64,000 nucleotides of DNA from Thermoplasmatota archaeon (GTDB lineage: Archaea; Thermoplasmatota; Penumbrarchaeia; Penumbrarchaeales; Penumbrarchaeaceae), in NCBI GenBank assembly GCA_965234725.1, contig CBDDUX010000014.1, forward strand, positions 21,682-85,681, read 5' to 3'. Below, piece after piece: positions 19,506 to 27,049 of the stretch. The notes beneath the pieces are model-generated. The model had not been told where the DNA came from, made no database searches, and saw nothing but the letters and a program-made list of their open reading frames with translations. Within the stretch, counting starts at the first letter, position 1, and each line of letters starts with the position of its first letter. Position numbers and translations under genes: made by a program.

Positions 19506-19643
19506 AAAGCCAGGCTCCTTCAGACAATAGGGATACTAATTTGATATCTAGAACAACAGGTTATAATTAATTTACCATTGAATCATTGAAAGTCCAGGTT
19601 AGGGATATTTATATTTAGTTCCCTTTGGACGCTCGGTAGGCCC

Positions 19644-20711
19644 ATGGAGCTCGATCTGTTCGACTATTATCTTCCATCGGAAATGATCGCCCAATCAAAG
19701 TCAATACCAAGGGATTTGTCCAGACTTTTCTATTTGGATGCCAGGTTAGAGGTCCCGGAATATGAACATCTCAGGTTCAGGGACATTGAGGACAAGCTCG
19801 AGGAGGGAGATATACTTATATTGAACCGGTCCAGAGTGATACCTGCCAGGATCAGAACAAGGAAGGAGACCGGTGGAAGATCCGAGGTCCTGCTCCTTGG
19901 CAGAAGAGACGGGAGGGAGTGGGAGGCTCTTGTGGCGGGAAAGAAGATATCAGAGGGTACCAAACTAATAACGGAAGAGGGTCATCTTTCGATAGAGATA
20001 AAGAAGAGATTGGACGAAGGCAGATGTTTGGTTGGATTCATTAGGGATGGAAAATACCTTGAACATCATGAGGTCCTGGATTGGTTGCGGGATTTTGGTC
20101 TGATGCCGACCCCTCCTTATATAAAGAGGATGTTGGAGGACCCGGAAGAATACCAGACCGTCTATGGCGATATCGAAGGTTCGGTCGCCGCACCAACAGC
20201 CGGTCTTCATTTTACAGATGAATTATTGGATCGTTTGAGGTCCAAGGGAGTGAAGGTGGAATTTTTGGTACTGCATGTTGGCCTTGGAACCTTTGCTCCG
20301 GTCAAATCAAAGGATATTACCGATCATATCATGGAAGAGGAGGAATATCTTGTTCCTCCGGATGTTGCGAAGGTTATTGATGAGGCTGTGAATGATCACA
20401 GATCAACCGGGAAGAAGAGGATATGGGCAGTGGGTACGACTGTCATGAGGACACTGGAATCCGCTTTCGATCGGAGAGGTAAGTTGGTGAAAAGCTCCGG
20501 CAGGACGGGACTCTATATCACCCCTGGATACCAATTCCATCTTCCCTATAAAGGATTCATCACCAATTTCCATCTTCCTCGTTCCACTCCCTTGATCCTT
20601 GTCTCCTCATTCTATAACAGGGAGAAGGTGATCGATGCTTACAATGAAGCGATCAAAGTGGGATATCGGTTCTATTCACTGGGTGATTCCATGATGATAA
20701 GGAGGGGTTGA
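19644..20711 (+). CDS. queA: S-adenosylmethionine:tRNA ribosyltransferase-isomerase
   Basis: FDYYLP, VIPAR, PTPPYI, YQTVY, GSVAAPTAGLHF, LHVGLGTF, AVGTT, TNFHLPRS, YRFYSLGD. Confidence 0.96.
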   Translation: MELDLFDYYLPSEMIAQSKSIPRDLSRLFYLDARLEVPEYEHLRFRDIEDKLEEGDILILNRSRVIPARIRTRKETGGRSEVLLLGRRDGREWEALVAGKKISEGTKLITEEGHLSIEIKKRLDEGRCLVGFIRDGKYLEHHEVLDWLRDFGLMPTPPYIKRMLEDPEEYQTVYGDIEGSVAAPTAGLHFTDELLDRLRSKGVKVEFLVLHVGLGTFAPVKSKDITDHIMEEEEYLVPPDVAKVIDEAVNDHRSTGKKRIWAVGTTVMRTLESAFDRRGKLVKSSGRTGLYITPGYQFHLPYKGFITNFHLPRSTPLILVSSFYNREKVIDAYNEAIKVGYRFYSLGDSMMIRRG

Positions 20712-20712
20712 A

Positions 20713-21849
20713 ATGGATTTTTTCGAACTTCAAAAGGGGGAGAAGGAAGGTCCCAGGGCAGGCCTCCTAAAACTTCCATCAGGATCAAATGTTGAAACTC
20801 CACTTTTCATGCCAGTTGCAACCAAGATGTCGGTCAAGACCCTTGATCCCGATGAACTTTCCAGAACGGGGACCTCCACTGTAATCACAAACGGATTTCT
20901 TTCTTTCCTTGAACCAGGAAGTGATCTGATAAGAGAAATGGGTGGAATGCACAAGATCATGGGATGGAACGGAGGAATATTCTCGGATTCCGGGGGATTT
21001 CAATTCATCAGGAAGGGATTCGATGCTGTGATTTCCGAAGATGGTGTGGGATTGAACTCGCCTTACACTGGAGAAAAAGTGTTTATCACTCCCGAGAGCG
21101 TCGTGGATATGCATATAGCACATGGCGTGGATGTGGGAATGGTACTCGATCACTGTCCTCCTTATCCGTCCTCAAAGGATGAGATCATTTCTTCAGCTAA
21201 TAGAACGGTCTATTGGGCCCGGAGGTCTAGTATTAGGATGAAAAGTCCCGAGATACTTGAGATGCTGCCCCCTGGTAGGCATCTGCCACTCTTCTTCGCA
21301 ATTACCCAGGGTGGAACGGATACTGATCTCAGAATGAAATGTACCGAGAAGTTGATAGAAATGGACTTCCATGGATATGGTATAGGTGGCCTTTCCATCG
21401 GTGAATCAAAGGATGATACCTTCAGATCTTTAAGAGCCTCCACCGTTATGATACCAAAGGACCGTCCCAGATATTTCATGGGTGTGGGAGACCCTGATGA
21501 TATTGTGAGGTCAGTACTTTCAGGAGTGGATATCTTCGACAGTGTTTTTCCCACCAGGAATGCCCGGCATAAGAATGTCTTTTCAAATAATGGTAGAGAG
21601 AATATCAGAGCCTCGGGATGGAAGGGAAAAGATAGCCCAATCAGAGAGGGATGCAAATGCGATACCTGCAGAAGGTTCTCCAGGGGGTATATATACCATC
21701 TTTTCAAAGCAGGTGAACCCTTAGGCCCAAGGTTAGCCACCGTCCATAATATCTTCTACCTCCAGGAGCTTGTTTCCAGGATAAGGGAGCTTATCATGGA
21801 AGATGGTCTGAAGGTAACTATCACTTCCACTTCTATCATGGACCCTTGA
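20713..21849 (+). CDS. tgt: Bacterial-type tRNA-guanine(34) transglycosylase
   Basis: TPLFMPVAT, DSGGFQ, LDHCPP, QGG, GGLSIGE, YFMGVG, DIFDSVFPTRNAR, CKCDTC...HN; 378 aa with no PUA domain. Confidence 0.93.
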   Translation: MDFFELQKGEKEGPRAGLLKLPSGSNVETPLFMPVATKMSVKTLDPDELSRTGTSTVITNGFLSFLEPGSDLIREMGGMHKIMGWNGGIFSDSGGFQFIRKGFDAVISEDGVGLNSPYTGEKVFITPESVVDMHIAHGVDVGMVLDHCPPYPSSKDEIISSANRTVYWARRSSIRMKSPEILEMLPPGRHLPLFFAITQGGTDTDLRMKCTEKLIEMDFHGYGIGGLSIGESKDDTFRSLRASTVMIPKDRPRYFMGVGDPDDIVRSVLSGVDIFDSVFPTRNARHKNVFSNNGRENIRASGWKGKDSPIREGCKCDTCRRFSRGYIYHLFKAGEPLGPRLATVHNIFYLQELVSRIRELIMEDGLKVTITSTSIMDP

Positions 21850-22058
21850 ATTTCTCCTTTATTTAGGAATATTATTAGAAAACCATTATAGTTCTCTATA
21901 CAAGTGTGGAAAATAATACGTCAATAAGTGAAAATAATCTGTCTTGTAAAGTATTGTTCCGAAAAACTCTTATATATCATCTATTTTCATTGGCGCCTTG
22001 TGGCACATGTCTTTGGCCGTGTCAATGAAAGAAATAATTAATACACCGAGGTGTTAAA

Positions 22059-24659
22059 ATGATGGATAAAAAAAGATCGAAGGTCGTGATGGCATATTCG
22101 GCTATTACCGTCCTTGTTGGAATGGCCCTGCTGGGAATCTTTATTCCCGCAGTTGCCGATGCGGATGTCGTTGTGGACAACCATTTGGTTGTGTCGGCAT
22201 CTTTGGATCCCACTTGGGTATACAGCACCTCAACGGTTGATGTTGATATATCATATTCTCTGGCTTCTGTGGATAATACCCTTGAGCTTTCTAATCTCAC
22301 AATAACCGTTGTTGAAGAAGGATCTGCGGTCCTACCAGTGTTGCTTTATAGCTATAACAGGACATCTGCAGTGACCCCATTGGAAAATCCTTACACCTGG
22401 TCCCTTGATGGAACCCAGACCGTTGGGAATTGGATCGTAAACGTTACGGTCGAATATTTCAACGGAACATCCGGAGACAACCTTTTCGGTTCCAAGGAAG
22501 CACACTTCCAGGTTCTGGATGGAACACATGTGATCAAGGAGATCTCCGCTAACCCCATGACAGTTACGAACAGTGGAATGGATACTGTGAATATATCATT
22601 GATGTTCAACAGGTTGTTCTCCGAGATCGATACCGATATAACAGAAGTCCAGTTCTTCCATGTGGATACTATGTCCTGGGTGGATGATTCTATCCTTGAT
22701 ATTCCCGAACCCGCCCCCGAGAACATAACCGATGGTGATCACAACGTGACTGCGTGGTCCCACCTCATGATACCCCTGGACCTTCCGGTCGGTGAATACA
22801 AGTTATATTTCAATCTCTATGACATCTGGGGATATAACGAGTCCAAGAATGATACTTTGTTCAACGTTCTATGGAAGGAACTTCCTCCGGTAATGACAAA
22901 CGATACGATCTACATGCAGGAGGATGGTTCCGTCGATGTGGACCTGGATGACCACTTCGATGATGTGAACCAACAGGAGCTGATGTATTACATCAACATG
23001 TCAGCTGTCGAGAACCTCACGATCATCTTTGTGGATGAGGACACAATCACGATCACCCCTTCCCAGGATTTCTTCGGGGAACAGGATCTTGAGATAGCTG
23101 TCACTGACGGTATCGATATGCCCGGTCACAATGTGACATTCACCCTCACTGTCATGGTCGAACCCACGCCAGATGACCTCATGCCAGCAGAGGACAGGAC
23201 AATAATGGTTGAGGAAATGGTCGATGAAGTTGAGATCGAGACATCCTTCAATCCTCAGGACCTCTTCTATGATCCCGATGGTCCTGCAGAGTTCGTTGTG
23301 TCTCTAGGATGGGAATGGGCAAAGAACGAGACCAATGTCTCTGTAATGACCCCTATCTGGACATGGACAGACAATAACTTCTCCATTGCCATTAACGACA
23401 CTGACAACTCCGACGGTATGGCAAAGGTCATTGCTGATTTGGAAGAAGGTTCCGTGGAATTCCCCATTTCTGCCTGGATTAACGATACCCCTTACATGAA
23501 CTCGACAGCAATGCTGGAGATCATTCCTGTAAATGATATCCCTGCACCGATAGACGATACCATCACGGTTTACAGAAATGAAACCTTAACAGCCAACCTG
23601 TCAGCTCTCTTCAAGGACCCTGACAGCACCGATCTCAACTTCACAGTCAATGCAACGATGGCGCAAAATATTGTGGTTGAATACGACTGGATGACCTTTG
23701 CCCTGACGATAACACCAGCAGTGAACTGGACCGGTGAGACCTCCTTCAAGGTCAATGCCACCGACGGGATCGATCATCAGGAATATACGATGACAGTATT
23801 GGTTACCAAGAGATCATACACTGTTTCAGGGACCGTGGAGTTCGAAGAGATCGCTGGTGTGGATGTCAATTTGACCAATGTGACCCTTACCATCGGCGAG
23901 ACTACGGTTGTTATCGGAGATGATGGAAGCTTCAGCGTGCTCCTCATGGAAGGAGACTATACAGTTGCATTGGATGTTCCAGAGGCACTTCTCTATTCCG
24001 AATCTGGGAAGATGTCCGGATACATCGTTCCGACACTAGACCCGATAAATCTGACTGCTGGAAAAACCTACGACATCATGGTTTCCTACATGGTCTACGA
24101 CGAGACATCCGGTGTTGCTGCATGGGAGGACCTCGACTTCGATAATGTGGAGTTCGACGACGATGATGATCTCATGGTGATACTTCCTGTTATGAACGGA
24201 ACCGGTAACTATACTGGTTGGGATACCTTCGTTGTGAAGCTCATTATTGTGGAGTCCGACGATGAAGAATTGAACTTCACCATGATCTGGGATGCTACAG
24301 AGAAGCAGTTCGCTGTAACACTTACAGGCGACGATCTTGATGACCTCGGAGAGGGAAAGAAGACCTATTACTTCACAAATGAGAACGGGTCCCTCAAGTC
24401 CTCAGAGGAGAAGTATGAGTTCAAGGGAAAGAATGAGAATGCAGGTCCAATGACCATCATCATTCTTGTTGCCCTTATCCTCTTGGTCCTCGTAGCCCTT
24501 ATCTTCATCATGAGGAAGCCCTCGGAAGAGGATTTCGACGAGGATGAGGAAGAGGAAGAGGAAGACGGCAGGTCCTGCCCAGGATGCGGAGAGTCCGTCA
24601 CCGATGACGAGGCAGAGGAATGCCCGTACTGCGGTGAGGACCTCGAAGCAGAAGAGTAA
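22059..24659 (+). CDS. Acidic surface glycoprotein with Ig-like repeats, C-terminal TM and cytoplasmic zinc ribbon
   Basis: Signal peptide, F-x-D-P-D / V-x-A-T-D-G repeats, many N-x-S/T sequons, TM helix, CPGCG...CPYCG. Confidence 0.8.
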   Translation: MMDKKRSKVVMAYSAITVLVGMALLGIFIPAVADADVVVDNHLVVSASLDPTWVYSTSTVDVDISYSLASVDNTLELSNLTITVVEEGSAVLPVLLYSYNRTSAVTPLENPYTWSLDGTQTVGNWIVNVTVEYFNGTSGDNLFGSKEAHFQVLDGTHVIKEISANPMTVTNSGMDTVNISLMFNRLFSEIDTDITEVQFFHVDTMSWVDDSILDIPEPAPENITDGDHNVTAWSHLMIPLDLPVGEYKLYFNLYDIWGYNESKNDTLFNVLWKELPPVMTNDTIYMQEDGSVDVDLDDHFDDVNQQELMYYINMSAVENLTIIFVDEDTITITPSQDFFGEQDLEIAVTDGIDMPGHNVTFTLTVMVEPTPDDLMPAEDRTIMVEEMVDEVEIETSFNPQDLFYDPDGPAEFVVSLGWEWAKNETNVSVMTPIWTWTDNNFSIAINDTDNSDGMAKVIADLEEGSVEFPISAWINDTPYMNSTAMLEIIPVNDIPAPIDDTITVYRNETLTANLSALFKDPDSTDLNFTVNATMAQNIVVEYDWMTFALTITPAVNWTGETSFKVNATDGIDHQEYTMTVLVTKRSYTVSGTVEFEEIAGVDVNLTNVTLTIGETTVVIGDDGSFSVLLMEGDYTVALDVPEALLYSESGKMSGYIVPTLDPINLTAGKTYDIMVSYMVYDETSGVAAWEDLDFDNVEFDDDDDLMVILPVMNGTGNYTGWDTFVVKLIIVESDDEELNFTMIWDATEKQFAVTLTGDDLDDLGEGKKTYYFTNENGSLKSSEEKYEFKGKNENAGPMTIIILVALILLVLVALIFIMRKPSEEDFDEDEEEEEEDGRSCPGCGESVTDDEAEECPYCGEDLEAEE

Positions 24660-24683
24660 GCAGGTTCTTTGAACGGACCTTAG

Positions 24684-24714
24684 GGGAGCTTCGAAAGGAG
24701 CTCCCTTTTTTTTT
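24684..24714 (+). terminator. Hairpin plus poly-T terminator
   Basis: GGGAGCTTC-GAAA-GGAGCTCCC followed by T9, 24 nt after the stop at 24659. Confidence 0.85.
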
Positions 24715-24726
24715 ATTTTTAAGTTA

Positions 24727-24990
24727 GGATACTATCCTCAATATCAGAATTCATTAGAGACACATTCTGCAGATAACGATGCTGATGGAGATGGAACGAA
24801 TCCTCTGATTAAGGAGAAGAAGGATGATGAGGGTGGTTTCCCGATCATAGTAATTGTGTTGATAATCATTGTAATTCTCATCGCACTTGGGATTCTTGTA
24901 TTCTTGATGATGAGAAAAAAAGAAGAGAATTTACCGGATGAGCCATCTGTGGAACAGGTCCCGTTGAACGATATTGATCCTGCAACCTGA
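24727..24990 (+). pseudogene. Start-less C-terminal membrane-anchor fragment of a surface protein
   Basis: Frame reads ...KEKKDDEGGFPIIVIVLIIIVILIALGILVFLMMRKKEENLPDEP...*; upstream in-frame stop at 24670 and no ATG before the TM helix. Confidence 0.55.
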
Positions 24991-25192
24991 GGTTGAACTT
25001 GATCAACAATTGATCTGATCGAAAGAATCAAAGTAAATTACTAAAGCTTGATAATCCTGAAATAGTTTAATATTCCGTGTTATTTTCCAGCTTTCACCGG
25101 TTACACCATCCTCTGGTCCTTGAATATTTTAGATAGTTTTTCAACAAAATGAGTTAAATATCTCTTCATGCTATTTCCATCCAGGTATTTTC

Positions 25193-25888
25193 ATGAAGAG
25201 CAAGATTATCGTATCTGTCGCTGTGGTTTCCCTCGCGGTACTCCTCATCAGCACAATTCCTTATGCTTTCGGTGAAGATGAGAGACCTGAAAGGAAGGAA
25301 AAGGCTGAAAATGAGAGGATCGACAGGGATGCAGATGGCTCCGTCACATACAGAGAATTCTACGCCAAGTTCAGCGAGAAGTACGATGATACCACATTGA
25401 AAAGGATCTTCGAGGAAGCTGATGTCAATAATGACGGTCTCATCTCCGGAAGGGAGTTAATCAAGGCAAGACTCCTCCTTGCCAAGGTCAGAGTAAAGGA
25501 AGCTGTCCAGAAAATAAAGAGACCAGATGCTGACGGTGACGGATACCTGACCCTCAGGGAGCTCAACGCATTCATGAACGGAAAAATAGACGAAGCTACC
25601 CTCAAGAGGATCTTCAACGCCGCTGATGGTGATAATGACGGTAAACTGTCCAGAAGGGAACAGGCTCATGCCATGCAGCTGATCATGAAATATGTCAAGA
25701 CAAAGATGGTTGAGAAGAAAGAGCGGATAAGAGAGAATATTGACAGCGACCGCTCTGGTGAGAGAGAAGAAAAGGTCGTCAAGATCAGAAGGATCCTCAA
25801 TAATGCTGACAAAGATGAAAACGGAAAGATCTCCTTGAGAGAGATCCTCTGGGTCCTAAAGATGATAAGAAGGACGATCTCTGCCTGA
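25193..25888 (+). CDS. Secreted/anchored EF-hand repeat protein
   Basis: N-terminal hydrophobic segment; DRDADGSVTYRE, DVNNDGLISGRE, DADGDGYLTLRE, DGDNDGKLSRRE, DKDENGKISLRE. Confidence 0.85.
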   Translation: MKSKIIVSVAVVSLAVLLISTIPYAFGEDERPERKEKAENERIDRDADGSVTYREFYAKFSEKYDDTTLKRIFEEADVNNDGLISGRELIKARLLLAKVRVKEAVQKIKRPDADGDGYLTLRELNAFMNGKIDEATLKRIFNAADGDNDGKLSRREQAHAMQLIMKYVKTKMVEKKERIRENIDSDRSGEREEKVVKIRRILNNADKDENGKISLREILWVLKMIRRTISA

Positions 25889-26006
25889 TCTTAAAGCTCG
25901 ACCTTATGGTCAAAGAGGTCATTTTTCATTTCTTATCTACTTTTATCGCTTCTTATATATTCTAAGAGATTTCTTCCATGGGAAGGACCGTTGTGGGGAA
26001 CCTTAG

Positions 26007-26999
26007 ATGCTGGTGGAGTCTGTCGATGAGAATACCAAGAGGGAGATCTGGAAAAGGGACGAGTTCACCTGCCGTTATTGTGGACGTACAGTCCCCTGGG
26101 AGAATGTCAATATTGTCTTCGACATTCCTCCGAAAAAGGGAATGGAACCAACCCCATCCAACATGCTTACCGTTTGTTCTGACTGTCTCAAGGAAGGAAA
26201 AACGGCCCCTGTCCAGGAAAAGGACAAGCAGAGAATGCTGGGAATAATCCGGGAATTGGTCTGTTATACGGACCTTTCGGATGAGATAATCTTCGAGATG
26301 GACCACGAGCAGGAGTTGGAGAGACTCTCATCCAAGATCGAAGCTTTGAAAGAAGATAACAGGAAGCTTTCAGAGGCAATTTCCGAGAGGGAAAGGCACA
26401 TTATCTCTTACAAGGAGAAGATGGAAAGAGCATACAAGGATATGGAAAACCTGAAAAGGAGACAGGAAACCGATGTCAATCTAATGGTGGGGGAAGGAAC
26501 GAGGAACGTGCTCCTCTCGATGATATCGACTCTTGATGATATCGAGAGGGCCATCCAGGAAGCAAGGAAGGATGAGAAGATAAAGGAAGTCAGAAATATC
26601 ATCTCAGGATTGGGGATGATCAGAAAAGCGACCATGGATCGTTTATCATCTATGGGAGCCGAAGTACAAAAGCCACTGGGCTCCATTTTTGATCCTAGAT
26701 ACCATGAGGCAACCTCTTTTCGGACAGATAAAAGTGTACCTAAAGGGACCATTCTTGAGGTCCTTCAATCAGGTTTCATACACAATTCACATCTTCTTAG
26801 ACCTGCAAAGGTCATTATCGCAAAGGGAGGACCAAAACCTAAAAAGGTTGAAGAAGAATTAGAAGAATTCGAGCTGGAAGATGATATTGAAGAAGAGAAG
26901 GTCCTTCACATGGAACCCTGGAATCCTGAAGATGATGAATATGTGGTCAGTAAACCAAAGGTGAAAAAGAAGAAGAAGAAACGGGTCCTTAAAAAATAA
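26007..26999 (+). CDS. grpE: GrpE nucleotide exchange factor with N-terminal degenerate HNH domain
   Basis: DMENLKRR, LDDIERA, FDPRYHEA, LQSGF, LLRPAKVII; N-terminal RDEFTCRYCG...NMLTVCSDC. Confidence 0.85.
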   Translation: MLVESVDENTKREIWKRDEFTCRYCGRTVPWENVNIVFDIPPKKGMEPTPSNMLTVCSDCLKEGKTAPVQEKDKQRMLGIIRELVCYTDLSDEIIFEMDHEQELERLSSKIEALKEDNRKLSEAISERERHIISYKEKMERAYKDMENLKRRQETDVNLMVGEGTRNVLLSMISTLDDIERAIQEARKDEKIKEVRNIISGLGMIRKATMDRLSSMGAEVQKPLGSIFDPRYHEATSFRTDKSVPKGTILEVLQSGFIHNSHLLRPAKVIIAKGGPKPKKVEEELEEFELEDDIEEEKVLHMEPWNPEDDEYVVSKPKVKKKKKKRVLKK

Positions 27000-27049
27000 C
27001 CTCTCGAACAGGTTTATATCGGTCAAATTCACTCCTGATCCCGATAAGA

